Shown: one piece after another, positions 49,358 to 58,964 of the stretch | How the letters are laid out: every line of letters begins with the position of its first letter | Numbering within the stretch: position 1 is the stretch's first letter | Assembly: GCA_963775425.1 (NCBI GenBank) | Contig: CAVZJB010000012.1 | Location: forward strand, 352,001 to 416,000 | Length of the DNA stretch: 64,000 nt | DNA from: an uncultured delta proteobacterium | Lineage (GTDB): Bacteria > Myxococcota > UBA727 > VGSZ01 | Direction of reading: 5' to 3' | Translations under genes and position numbers: made by a program | Notes under the pieces: model-generated | Told to the model about the DNA's origin: nothing | Databases searched by the model: none | Seen by the model: only the letters and a program-made list of their open reading frames with translations

Positions 49358-51226
49358 TTACGGCACGGTGCAACTGCCGTCGACGCGGCAGGCGCCGCCG
49401 CTGCGGCAGTCGGAGTCGGCGCTGCAGCGCTCGAGGACGGGGCCGAACGAATCGCCCACCGCGACGGCGTCGGCGGGGCGGACGGCGAGCTCGATGCGGT
49501 CGCCGCGGCCGCAGTTGCAGGCGGCGCAGGCGGTGCCGTTCGGGACGCCGACGTCGTCGATGGCGACGACGCCGATGCCGCGCTGCTCGAGCGCGAACGC
49601 GAGGATGCGGTTGAGCTCGTCGACGCCGCCGTTGGTGGCGGTGTTGGCGCCGTCCCAGGGGTTGTCGCAGGCGTGCGGCAAGAGCGTGAACACCACCGTG
49701 GACGAGCAGAACGGCTGGGGCGCGGTGAGGTCGACGGCGCCGCAGTCGTCGCGCAGCGTGCAGGCGTCGTTGATGGCGCTGGGCGCGGCGGCGTCGGTTG
49801 CGGCGGCGCACTCGGTGCACGTGGAGACCGCCGGCTGCCCGTCGAGGAACAGCGCGTTTCCGTTCAGCCCCGTGATGTGGAAGGTGCCGAGCGCGTAGCA
49901 AGTCTGCCCGTTGCAGGTGGCGTAGATGTCCTGGTTGGTCTCGGGGTCGCTGCACACCTCGCAGCCGCCGGTGCTCGGGGCGTTCGGATCGGTGCCGCCC
50001 GAGGCCGCGCAGACCGGGGGCGGCGCGGGGCCGGCGTCGCCGTCGCAGCGGAAGTAGACCTCGGCGCCGGTCTGCAGATCGCTGCAGGACACGCAGGTGG
50101 AGGAGGGCTGGTTCGGGTCGCCGCCGACGGTGCCGGACACGTTCTCGCAGACGAGGTTGGTGTCCACGACGCAGCGGGTCTCGGCGCCGCCGCCGGCGAC
50201 GGGGCAGGTGCGGCAGAGCTGCCCGTTGGGCCCGGTCTCGAAGGCGCACGGCGGCGGCGACGCGCAGGTGCCGTCGGCGGCGGGCTCGCAGGTGTTGGCG
50301 TCGCAGCGCACCGCCGCGGGCTGGTCGAACTGGTCGACGCACACGATGCAGGTCTGGTCGGTGTAGTCGAGGCGCGCGCACTGCTGCAGCTCCGGCACCT
50401 GCGTGTCGCAGAAGTGCTCGAGCTGCGCGCCGTTCTGGTCGACGCACGCGGTGCAGCGCACGCCGTCGGCGGTGACGCTCTCGCTGCAGGTGACGAGCTC
50501 GTCGGACGTGAGGGAGCACGAGTGCGAGAGCAGTTGGTCGTTGTCGTCGTAGCAGTCGACGCAGCGGCCGGCGTCGTTTTGGTAGACCTCGCACGAACGC
50601 GGCTCGAGGTCGGGCTGCCCGCAGTCGTGGATGACGACGGCGCCGTCGCGCGTGCACTCGCGGCACGTGAGCCCCTGGTCCTGCACCTCGTGGCACTCGT
50701 CATGCGCCGGCTCGCACACCGTGTCGACGACGGCGCCGCGCGCGTCGGTGCAGGTCTGGCATTGCACGTCGCCTTGCGCGAGGCCCGTCGTCGGATCGGC
50801 CGGGGTGGGCTCGCAGTTGGCGGCGTCGACGGCGGCGGCGGTGCAGGAGTCGTAGAGGATCGCGCCCGTCGGCGTGGCGCAGAAGCGGCACGGCGCGCCC
50901 TCGGCGTTCTCGCGCGACTCGCAGCGGGCGACGTCCGGCGCGCCGCAGATGTCGACGTCGCTGCAGGTGGCGCAGACGCTGCCGTCGGCGCTCTCGGCGA
51001 TGGTGGAGACCTCGCAGCCCGCAGTCGTGAACGCCGTGTCGCCGCTGGCCGGCACCGGCCCCGCGTCGCCGCCGGCGAGGGGCGCGGCGCAGGTGCCGTC
51101 GAGCACGCAGCACGCGGACGCCGCCGCCGCGAGGCCGGCGAGCAGGACGCACAGCGCCGCGCGCGTCGCCGCCCTCGACGTGGGGGCCGGCGAGCCTGGG
51201 GTCTGCAGTGCGAGAGCGCGGCCCAT
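49358..51226 (-). CDS. Large Cys-rich repeat exported protein
   Basis: Signal-like N-terminus (ALCVLLAGLAAAASACC); many repeats of roughly C-x8-C-x2-C-x-D-x2-G-x5-C. Confidence 0.75.
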   Translation of the reverse strand: MGRALALQTPGSPAPTSRAATRAALCVLLAGLAAAASACCVLDGTCAAPLAGGDAGPVPASGDTAFTTAGCEVSTIAESADGSVCATCSDVDICGAPDVARCESRENAEGAPCRFCATPTGAILYDSCTAAAVDAANCEPTPADPTTGLAQGDVQCQTCTDARGAVVDTVCEPAHDECHEVQDQGLTCRECTRDGAVVIHDCGQPDLEPRSCEVYQNDAGRCVDCYDDNDQLLSHSCSLTSDELVTCSESVTADGVRCTACVDQNGAQLEHFCDTQVPELQQCARLDYTDQTCIVCVDQFDQPAAVRCDANTCEPAADGTCASPPPCAFETGPNGQLCRTCPVAGGGAETRCVVDTNLVCENVSGTVGGDPNQPSSTCVSCSDLQTGAEVYFRCDGDAGPAPPPVCAASGGTDPNAPSTGGCEVCSDPETNQDIYATCNGQTCYALGTFHITGLNGNALFLDGQPAVSTCTECAAATDAAAPSAINDACTLRDDCGAVDLTAPQPFCSSTVVFTLLPHACDNPWDGANTATNGGVDELNRILAFALEQRGIGVVAIDDVGVPNGTACAACNCGRGDRIELAVRPADAVAVGDSFGPVLERCSADSDCRSGGACRVDGSCTVP

Positions 51227-51649
51227 GGCCTTCGTTTTAGCACCGCGCATGCCAGCGGTCCCGAGAAGCGCCGCGGCGTCCCGATGCCGCGTCGCCGGGG
51301 ACCTGCGACGTCGAGGCAGCAGCGCCCTGCGATCTCCAGGGCGCCGTCGTCGTCGTCGAGGTGCGCCGGTGTGGCGCCGGGGACGACCCGGGCCCACCGG
51401 GCGGGATGCCCCGCCGGCGCGACGCAGACACGCGCCCGCCGCCGGCGCGCGGCCGGCGCATCGGCGACCCGAGGGAGCACCCGAGGGCGCTCCGGTGTCG
51501 TCGTCGACGCGCATGGCGCCTTCGTCAGCGATCTTCATCGGCCTGACAACCGAGACTCTTTCTTCAAGCCGGCCTTGCGATCTGGAATTCCTCGGCTAGG
51601 GTCACACGCGATCCCGGGCAGGCCGCCCGGCCCACTCGACGAGGAACGC

Positions 51650-52543
51650 ATGCTTCGCCACCTGCTTGTGATTTGCATTGGACTCGCTGCCGGGGCCTCC
51701 TACGCCCAGGACAACTGTGACCCCGCCACCTTCGAAAACACCTGCGCCGGCACGACGATCACGTTCTGCTCGACCACCGACGACCAGGGCAACACCCTGG
51801 CCCAGCCGGTGACGTCTACGGCCGACTGCACGTTCCCCGACGCCGCCAACGGCAACACGCCCACGGTGCCGAACGGTGTCTGCGGGCCGCTGAACTGCAG
51901 CGGTGACGGCTGCGACGCCATCGCGGGCAACACCTGCGTGTCCGGCGCCACGGACCCCTGCCTCGGCATCTCCCCCCTGCTCGACCAGGACACCACCAAC
52001 GACAACTTCGCCTTCGCCGCGCTCTGCGTGGCCGGTCAGAGCTGCGTCACCGGCGCCCAGGGTGACACCTGTGAGACCGAGGTCGGCGCCGCTTGCACCC
52101 AGTCGGGCCAGGTCGGCTGCGACGGCAACCGCGTCTTCGTTTGCATCGGCGGCACCGACGATGCGCAGGCCGCCTTCGTGATCCCCGAGGCCGTCGCGCT
52201 CGACTGCGGCGCCTTCCAGGGCACCTGCGTCGAGGGCGCCACCGCCGGCATCATCCACGACACCTTCCAGGGTGGAACCCAGGCGTTCGCCGACTGCGAC
52301 CTCCCCGGCGAGGGTGAGGGCGAAGGCGAGGGCGAGGGCGAGGGCGAGGGCGGCACCGAGTGCCAGCAGGACGCCGATTGCGGCCGCGACAAGGTCTGCA
52401 ACAACGGCACCTGCGAGGCCGCGGACGACACGTCGTCCAACCCGCCGGTCTGCGGCGCCGCGTCCAGCACCGCGCCCGCGCTCGCCGGCTTCGCGCTGCT
52501 CCTCGGCCTCGTGCCGGTGATCCGCCGCCGCCGCCGCAACTGA
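51650..52543 (+). CDS. Cys-rich surface protein with (GE)n linker and MYXO-CTERM-like tail
   Basis: SD GAGGA; signal MLRHLLVICIGLAAGASYA; tail VCGAASSTAPALAGFALLLGLVPVIRRRRRN. Confidence 0.8.
   Translation: MLRHLLVICIGLAAGASYAQDNCDPATFENTCAGTTITFCSTTDDQGNTLAQPVTSTADCTFPDAANGNTPTVPNGVCGPLNCSGDGCDAIAGNTCVSGATDPCLGISPLLDQDTTNDNFAFAALCVAGQSCVTGAQGDTCETEVGAACTQSGQVGCDGNRVFVCIGGTDDAQAAFVIPEAVALDCGAFQGTCVEGATAGIIHDTFQGGTQAFADCDLPGEGEGEGEGEGEGEGGTECQQDADCGRDKVCNNGTCEAADDTSSNPPVCGAASSTAPALAGFALLLGLVPVIRRRRRN
52307..52348 (+). repeat. (Gly-Glu)7 coding repeat
   Basis: GGCGAG-type hexamers. Confidence 0.9.
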
Positions 52544-52582
52544 CAGCCGCGCGCGCCGCAGTTGATCGGCGCACTGCACAAT

Positions 52583-52617
52583 GACAAAGGGGACCCATGC
52601 GGGTCCCCTTTGTCTTT
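52583..52617 (+). terminator. Perfect 14-bp hairpin, terminator-like, overlapping the RBS and start of the next gene
   Basis: GACAAAGGGGACCC-atgc-GGGTCCCCTTTGTC followed by TTT. Confidence 0.6.
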
Positions 52618-53223
52618 CCCTCGAGCCGCGCCGCCGCCCTTTGGCCCGTCCTCGCGTGCGCGCTCGCGGCGGGGACCGCGCGGGCCGGCACCTTCGACGC
52701 GGGCGTCTCCGACGCGGGAGAGGTCGACGCCGGCGACGTCGATGCCGGCGACGTCGATGCCGGCGACGTCGATGGCGGCGACGTCGATGGCGGGGCCGGC
52801 GCGTGCGCGCCGTCCTGTGACGGTCAGACGCTCTCCTTCTGCGACGACGACGCGGGCGTCGCCTCCATCGACTGCACCACCGTGCCCGGAGCCTCGCGCT
52901 GCGGCCTGCTGAGCGACGCGTGGGGCAACGACTGTCTGCTCGGCGAAGGCGCCGCGTGCGATCCCGGGTACGGCTTCGGCGACTCCCGCTGTGACCGCGA
53001 CGCCAGCCTCTTTTGCGTCGACGGCACCTGCGCCGTCGGTACCGCGCCGCCCGCCCCCGTGGTGCAGACGCCCACGCCCGGCACCGCCACCATCACCACC
53101 ACCTCCACCTCCTCGGGCGACATCTTCTCGTGCCTGGGTTGCGGCGGCACCGGGACGTCGGGGGCGTTGCTGCTCGGCGGCCTCCTGCTCGCGCTCAGGC
53201 GCGTGCCCCGTCGACGCGGGTGA
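52597..53223 (+). CDS. Cys-rich surface protein with VDAGD repeats and MYXO-CTERM-like tail
   Basis: Signal peptide ending ARA; VD(A/G)GD repeats; tail SCLGCGGTGTSGALLLGGLLLALRRVPRRRG. Confidence 0.75.
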   Translation: MRVPFVFPSSRAAALWPVLACALAAGTARAGTFDAGVSDAGEVDAGDVDAGDVDAGDVDGGDVDGGAGACAPSCDGQTLSFCDDDAGVASIDCTTVPGASRCGLLSDAWGNDCLLGEGAACDPGYGFGDSRCDRDASLFCVDGTCAVGTAPPAPVVQTPTPGTATITTTSTSSGDIFSCLGCGGTGTSGALLLGGLLLALRRVPRRRG

Positions 53224-53226
53224 GCC

Positions 53227-53985
53227 GTGCCCGGAGATCCGCGCGCGCTGCCTGATCCGCCGCCGCCCCCCACCAAGGTCGACGCCGCCAAGGTCGACGA
53301 CGCACCGGTCGACGCGCAGACCGAGCCGCTGAAGAGCGAAGAGCTCGACGCCATCCCCGCGGGCGTCGCTCGCGGGCTCGCCGGCTCGTTCCGCGCCGCG
53401 ATCGTGGGCGTGCTGCGAACCGTCGCCGCGCAGCGCAACATGAAGATCCACGTCATCGCCGCGCTCATGGTGGTCATCGTCGGCATGGCGCTGCCCCTCG
53501 GCCTGGCGCCGCGGGTGGCGCTGTTGTTCGCGGTGGGGATCGTGTTCTTCGCCGAGATCCTGAACACGTCGCTGGAGGCGTTCGTCGACCTCCACATCCG
53601 CGACTACCACCGGCTCGCCATGATGGCCAAGGACGCGGCCGCCGCGGGCGTCTTCGTCCTCGCCATCACCACCGTGATCGTCCTCGGGGAGATCCTGTGG
53701 ACGCAGTGGGACCTCGTCACCGGCAACGTCGAGGCCGTGCAGCGCTCCGTGGCCTTCGGCGTCCCGCTCGTCTTCGTCGAAGCCGCCGGCTTGTTCCTCG
53801 TGCGCCGGGGCGCGCTCGCCGTCGTGCGCGTCCTCGTCTCGGCTGCGCTGCTCACGCCGCTCGTGATGCACACGCGCGATCCCATCTACGCCGCGCTCGC
53901 CGTCGTCCTCATCGTCACCGCCGCCTGGGCGCGCTGGTCGTTCCCGCGCTTAACCGGCCGCGGCGCGCCGCGGCGCCACGCGTGA
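53227..53985 (+). CDS. dgkA: Prokaryotic diacylglycerol/undecaprenol kinase (DgkA family) with extra C-terminal TM helices
   Basis: SFRAAIVG…QRNMKIH, EILNTSLEAFVDL, AKDAAAAGV. Confidence 0.8.
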   Translation: MPGDPRALPDPPPPPTKVDAAKVDDAPVDAQTEPLKSEELDAIPAGVARGLAGSFRAAIVGVLRTVAAQRNMKIHVIAALMVVIVGMALPLGLAPRVALLFAVGIVFFAEILNTSLEAFVDLHIRDYHRLAMMAKDAAAAGVFVLAITTVIVLGEILWTQWDLVTGNVEAVQRSVAFGVPLVFVEAAGLFLVRRGALAVVRVLVSAALLTPLVMHTRDPIYAALAVVLIVTAAWARWSFPRLTGRGAPRRHA

Positions 53986-54989
53986 GCGACGTCGACGACG
54001 GCGGGGTCGGCCGGCGCTGCGCCGTCACCCTCGACGTCGACGGGGTGCGGCACTACCACGCCATCCACGGCCTGCCGCCGCCGAGCGCGGGCGCTGACCC
54101 GGTGATCGAGCGCGGCGTGCGCCGCTTCCTCGAGCTGTGCGATCGCCTGGGCGCGCCCTCGACGCTCTTCGTCGTCGGCGAGGACCTCGAGGACCCCGCG
54201 TTCGCGTCGACGGTGCGGCAGGCGGCGCGGGCGGGGCACGAGATCGCGAGCCACAGCCACACGCACCGCTACGACCTGTCGCGCCGCGCGCCGGCGGAGA
54301 TCGAGAGCGACCTCGCGCGCTCCGTCGACGCCGTCGCCGCCGCCGCGGGCGCGCGGCCGCGCGGCTTTCGCGCTCCGGGCTACAACCTCAGCGAGCCGCT
54401 GCTCGACGCCCTCGAGAAGCTCGGCTTCGAATACGACTCGAGCCTGATGCCCTCGCCCGCGTATTGGGCGGCGCGCGCCGGCGTCCTCGGCGCGTACGGC
54501 GCGGCGGCGGCGCTGCGACGCGCGGCGGCCCCCGGCGAGCCCGGACGGGGGCGCGGCTCGTCGTCGATCCCGGGCACGTTCCGGGAGTTCCTCGCGCCGC
54601 GCGCGCCCTTTCGCCCGCGTTGCGGCAAGCGCTGGGCGCGGGCGCGCTCGCGCGTGGAGGGCCGCGACCTCGTCGAGCTCCCGATCACCACGGGCGCGCT
54701 GCGGACGCCGTGGCTCGGCACCACGCTCGCGATGCTGCCGGAGCCGGCGGGCATCGCGCACACGGCGGCCGCGCTCGCGTCGCTGCCGGCGGGCGCGCCC
54801 TGCGTCCTCGAGCTTCACGCGGTGGACTTCATCGACGACGGCGACGGCGTCTCCTACGCGCTCGCGCGCGCGCAACGCGACCTGCGCGTCTCGGCGCGAA
54901 AGAAGATCGCGCGCCTCGAGGTGGTGATGCGCATGCTCGCCCGCTCCGGTGAGCTCGTCACCGCGTCGGCCCTCAGCGCCGCCGTTTGA
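53982..54989 (+). CDS. Polysaccharide deacetylase family protein
   Basis: GTGA overlap; TLDVD, STLFVVG, HEIASHSHTH, GFRAPGY, YDSS. Confidence 0.85.
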   Translation: MSDVDDGGVGRRCAVTLDVDGVRHYHAIHGLPPPSAGADPVIERGVRRFLELCDRLGAPSTLFVVGEDLEDPAFASTVRQAARAGHEIASHSHTHRYDLSRRAPAEIESDLARSVDAVAAAAGARPRGFRAPGYNLSEPLLDALEKLGFEYDSSLMPSPAYWAARAGVLGAYGAAAALRRAAAPGEPGRGRGSSSIPGTFREFLAPRAPFRPRCGKRWARARSRVEGRDLVELPITTGALRTPWLGTTLAMLPEPAGIAHTAAALASLPAGAPCVLELHAVDFIDDGDGVSYALARAQRDLRVSARKKIARLEVVMRMLARSGELVTASALSAAV

Positions 54990-55192
54990 GCGGCGTGACG
55001 ACATTCACTTCGGAACGCGTCGTCGCCGCACGCGTCGACGCGGCACCCGCGCCCTCTCCGCGGGATTCGCGGATGAGCAAGGGCCCGGCGCGCTTCCCAC
55101 CCATCGCGTTGCATGCCGCTCGGCTGAAGGCCCATCAAGTCGGAGCAAGGCTGGCATGAGCAGGCGGCCCCGTTTGACTGCGTGCTCGGTGA

Positions 55193-55864
55193 TCAAGGCA
55201 GGCTGAAGGCAGGATTCGGCACGATGTCCGCGAGGGACGCCAAGACGAGGTCGGCGCCCATCCCGCGGGCGAGCGCGAGGCGCGCCTCCCCGTAGGCGAC
55301 CACGGCGGCGTGGGTGCCGGCGGCGCGGGCGGCGGCGACGTCGCGCGGCGTGTCGCCGATCATGAGCGCGCGGGCGGGGGCCACGCCGAGCGCGCTGCAG
55401 GCGCGGAGCACGACGTCGGGCGCGGGCTTGGGCTTCATGCCGGGGTCGGTGCCTTGCACGTGGCGGAAGAAGCGCGTGAGGCCCGCGCCCTCGAGCTGCG
55501 CGCGCGCGCGCGGGCTCGGCTTGGTGGTCGCCACCGACAGCGGCGTGCCCCGCGCGCGCAGCGCGGTGAGCCCGTCGACGACGCCGGGCAGCGGCGGCGG
55601 GAAGCGCTCGGGGTGCTCGTCGTGCCGCTCGATGTAGCGCGCGACGAAGTGGCGCATGCGCACGTCGTTCCCGTCGCCGACGAACAGCGCGTAGAGCTCC
55701 TCGAGCGGCGCGCCGAGGTGGTCGGCCACGGAGAGCGCGCTCACGGCGACGTCGATGTCACGGAAGGCGTGCTCGGCGGCGTCGCAGATGGCGCGCTCGG
55801 AGTCGAGCAGCGTGCCGTCGAGGTCGAGGACGACGGCGTCGACGTCGAACGGGCCGGCCTTCAC
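55193..55864 (-). CDS. HAD-family phosphatase (phosphoglycolate phosphatase-like)
   Basis: DLDGTLLDS, VATTK, KPKPAPD, MIGDTPRDV; GTGA overlap. Confidence 0.9.
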   Translation of the reverse strand: MKAGPFDVDAVVLDLDGTLLDSERAICDAAEHAFRDIDVAVSALSVADHLGAPLEELYALFVGDGNDVRMRHFVARYIERHDEHPERFPPPLPGVVDGLTALRARGTPLSVATTKPSPRARAQLEGAGLTRFFRHVQGTDPGMKPKPAPDVVLRACSALGVAPARALMIGDTPRDVAAARAAGTHAAVVAYGEARLALARGMGADLVLASLADIVPNPAFSLP

Positions 55865-58296
55865 CGCGGCCGGCGGCGCAGCGGCGACCGCGAGGAGCGG
55901 CCGCGCTTGATCGCGCGGAGGCCGAGGAGGCCGAGGACGAAGGCGAGCGCCGTCTGCGGCGCCGCGCTGCCGGTGTTGGTGCAGCCGCAGAAGCCGAGGA
56001 CGATGCCGCGGCACTGGCCGCTCGGATCGATGACGCGCACGTTGTCGACGCCGCCCTCGAGGTGCCCGTGGCCGTTGAAGATCCAGCGCGCGGTGACGTG
56101 GTCGGGGACGCGGCCGTCGAAGACGTCGCGGATCTTGATGCGGTTGAGGCCCCAGCCGTGGAGGCTCTCGGTCTCCTCGGCCGCCGACACGAACTTCTTG
56201 CCGTCCTCGGACAGCTCGACGAGCAGCGAGTCGTTGGGGGCGCCCTCGAACCAGAAGTCGTACGCCAGCTCCGGCGCCGCCGTCCCCGTCAGATCGATCT
56301 CCGGCGACCACAGCGAGGTGTCTCCGTCGAGCTCGCTGTCGACGCCGGTGACGTAGGCCCCCGCGGTGCCCGGGGTGTTGTCCTTCTCGGGCGTGCGCGG
56401 GGTCATGTCGCACGAGAGCGCGACGTCGCTCCTCACGAGGGCGCCCTGGGTGGCGCCGTCCTTGCCGTCGGCGTTGACCTTGAAGTCGTCGTCGCCGGCG
56501 AAGTTCTCGACGAAGATGTTCGAGTACCCGGGGAACAGCCGGTACTCCTCGCGCACCGTGGGCGCGTTGTCCGCCTGCAGGTCCGCGACCACGATGAGCG
56601 AGGAGCCGCACTCGTAGTCGCCGTCGACCGAGATCTTGACCGGCGCCTCGACGTCCTGTCCCGGCGCGATGTCGCCGACGTCGACGTCGGTGGTGTCGAG
56701 CTTGGCGTGCTTGGCGCCGCCGCCGTCGAGCTTCACCGCGATGTGCGCGTTCTTCACGGTGGCGCCCGGGGCGTCGCCCGCGGGCTCGCGCACCTTGGCC
56801 GCGCCCGACGCGAGCATGACGACGGTGGCGTCGGTGCCGCGCTCGAGGAAGTCCGCGTCACCCTGGGTCTTCACGGTGCCGCCGCCGAGCGACCCGATGG
56901 CCTGCTTGCAGTCGACGTTGGGGTCCGTGCAGAGCGTGAGCGCGTGGCCCGTGCGGTCCGACCACCACTTCTCCCAGGTGTCCGCCACCACCTCGAGGTT
57001 GGCGACGTCGTCGCTCGCCTGCGCCGCCGTCTGCCCGGGGCGCGTCACGAGCGCGATGGCCTGCTGGAAGCTGCGCTGCGTGTGGTCCGGGTCGGGGCAG
57101 CGGTTGCCCTCGGCGTCGACGATGTCCTGGATGGAGAGGTCGACCTCTTCGCCGGTGGCGCCGAGGTTGATGCCGTTGGCCTTCATGAGCGCCACGCTCG
57201 GGATGCCCGACGCGAGCACGTCGGCGGCGCCGACGGGGCGGCCGGTGAGGCCGAAGGCGAAGGTGCCGCTGTCCTTCTCGTCGTACTTGGCGCCGTCGAT
57301 GAAGAAGAACGGGCGCGCGCTCGCGACGGGCAGCGCGCCCATCGCGTACAGATCGAGCGTGGAGTAGTTGTCCATCTCGTTGAGCAGCGGGTAGCGGTTG
57401 CCCGACTGCACCGGACCCCAATCCCAGCCGTCCATCACGCTCGCGTCGGTGTCCACCCACGCCGCCCAGTGCGACTGGTCGCGGCCGAGCAGCTTGGTGC
57501 TGACGTTGCCGGTGCGCGGGTCCACGAAGCGCAGGCCCGAGCCCCAGCGGTGCGCGATCTCCTGGCCGAGCGTGGAGTAGACGGCGGAGTCGAAGTCGTC
57601 GAAGGGGTGGACGGCGCCGTCGTAGAACGAGTCCCACTGCTGCCACGACGCCAGCGAGTTCATGAACACGATGCCCTGCAGCCGGTTGATGCCGGTGCCC
57701 TGGAGCTGGTCGAACTCGCAGCCGAAGGTCTGGCCCGCGTTGAAGTTGCAGGCGCCGAGGCCCTGGACGTCGTTTTTGAGCGGCAGGTAGAAGGCCGCGA
57801 CGTTCTGGTCGGCGTCGGTGAACGTGGTGAAGATGGTGATGAAGTCGAAGTTGTCGCCGAGCTGCTGCAGCACCGTCTGCGCCACGCTGAACAAGCCGTT
57901 GTTGGTGTCGAACGTGAGGCCGGCGCTGGTGGTGGGGCAGATCTGCGCGTTGCCCTCGACGACGAGCACGCGGCCGTTGACGGTGGCGGCGTAGGGGTTG
58001 GCGGCCATGGGCACGGGGGCGCTGAGCGTCACCGCGGGGTTGCCGCGCACCTTCTCGAGCTCCTCGAACACCTCGTGCGGCAGGTGCGGGCGCGCCATCT
58101 TCTCGACGTAGCCGTCGTCGAAGCCGTGCGCGAGGAAGCCCGGCGCCGGATGGAGCACGCGCGGGTCATCGGGATCGCCGACGACGTACGGGTTGGGCGC
58201 GGGCCTCACGTGGGCGCCCTTGCCGAGGTTCTTGGGGCCGGCGAACGAGACCGCGGGCACGAGGACCAAAGCGGCGACGAGGGGAAGGCGCGTCAT
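55861..58296 (-). CDS. Secreted zincin-like surface protein with MYXO-CTERM-like tail
   Basis: SD GGAGG; signal peptide; DNFDFITIFT, QEIAHRWG, SHW, SVMDG, LDLYAMG; tail GFCGC…LAFVLGLLGLRAIKR. Confidence 0.7.
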   Translation of the reverse strand: MTRLPLVAALVLVPAVSFAGPKNLGKGAHVRPAPNPYVVGDPDDPRVLHPAPGFLAHGFDDGYVEKMARPHLPHEVFEELEKVRGNPAVTLSAPVPMAANPYAATVNGRVLVVEGNAQICPTTSAGLTFDTNNGLFSVAQTVLQQLGDNFDFITIFTTFTDADQNVAAFYLPLKNDVQGLGACNFNAGQTFGCEFDQLQGTGINRLQGIVFMNSLASWQQWDSFYDGAVHPFDDFDSAVYSTLGQEIAHRWGSGLRFVDPRTGNVSTKLLGRDQSHWAAWVDTDASVMDGWDWGPVQSGNRYPLLNEMDNYSTLDLYAMGALPVASARPFFFIDGAKYDEKDSGTFAFGLTGRPVGAADVLASGIPSVALMKANGINLGATGEEVDLSIQDIVDAEGNRCPDPDHTQRSFQQAIALVTRPGQTAAQASDDVANLEVVADTWEKWWSDRTGHALTLCTDPNVDCKQAIGSLGGGTVKTQGDADFLERGTDATVVMLASGAAKVREPAGDAPGATVKNAHIAVKLDGGGAKHAKLDTTDVDVGDIAPGQDVEAPVKISVDGDYECGSSLIVVADLQADNAPTVREEYRLFPGYSNIFVENFAGDDDFKVNADGKDGATQGALVRSDVALSCDMTPRTPEKDNTPGTAGAYVTGVDSELDGDTSLWSPEIDLTGTAAPELAYDFWFEGAPNDSLLVELSEDGKKFVSAAEETESLHGWGLNRIKIRDVFDGRVPDHVTARWIFNGHGHLEGGVDNVRVIDPSGQCRGIVLGFCGCTNTGSAAPQTALAFVLGLLGLRAIKRGRSSRSPLRRRPR

Positions 58297-58485
58297 CGAT
58301 CCTCCGAAGCGTCCACCGCACCACGCCGAAATCGACCACACAATCCCCTCCTCTCCGGGCGAGCGCACACATCACGCGCGGCCGCGCCCTGCGCCCGGCG
58401 TCGTCGCCCGAGAGTGACGCGAGTCACAGGCCTGACGCGCGGCGTTGTCGCGGACTCAAGCGCGGCCGCTCCCTCCGGTCGCTGT

Positions 58486-58914
58486 TCAGGCAGCGGGCGT
58501 GCGCGCCAGGACCTCGCCGAGGCGCTCGCGCTCGGCGTCGTCGAGCAGCGGGGCGAGGAACGTCGCGAGCTCCCCGGTGTCCGTGAAGACGCGGCGCGCG
58601 GGGTGTTGGCTCTCGCTCGCCAGGCGCATGAATTGGAGCACCGCCGTTGGCGACGTCGCAGACGTGAGCACCGCGCTGCGCTCGATGCGCGGGTTGTGCG
58701 TGGTGAACATCAGGTGCGCGCGCTCCGCCGCCGCCGGCGACATCAAGCGGCAGCCGCGCCAGTCGGCGACGATGACGACGTTCGTGGACGGCGGCAGGCT
58801 GCCGACGGCGGCGCCGATGGCCGCGATCATGCCGTTGACGTCGTCCACGGTGCGGTAGCCGTCGTCGACGATGATCTCGAGCAGGCGTCCCACGCGGATG
58901 TTCGCGGAGTTCAT
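58486..58914 (-). CDS. Hypothetical protein, possibly STAS/SpoIIAA-like
   Basis: Coherent frame with VVIVADWRGCRLMSP…IERSAVL; -10-like TATGGT 7 nt before ATG. Confidence 0.6.
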   Translation of the reverse strand: MNSANIRVGRLLEIIVDDGYRTVDDVNGMIAAIGAAVGSLPPSTNVVIVADWRGCRLMSPAAAERAHLMFTTHNPRIERSAVLTSATSPTAVLQFMRLASESQHPARRVFTDTGELATFLAPLLDDAERERLGEVLARTPAA

Positions 58915-58964
58915 CGCCCCTACCATAGCGCCGCCGGCCCGGGCGTCGCGCGGCGGACGAGGGC

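Noticed and set aside
49175-51649. N-terminal 825 aa of the 1122-aa + strand ORF
   Set aside because: Antisense to the Cys-rich gene; real start is the SD-led ATG at 51650.
54990-55192. 200-nt gap with hairpins, possible ncRNA or tRNA
   Set aside because: No tRNA cloverleaf, SRP, tmRNA or riboswitch signature recognised; an Rfam/Infernal scan would settle it.
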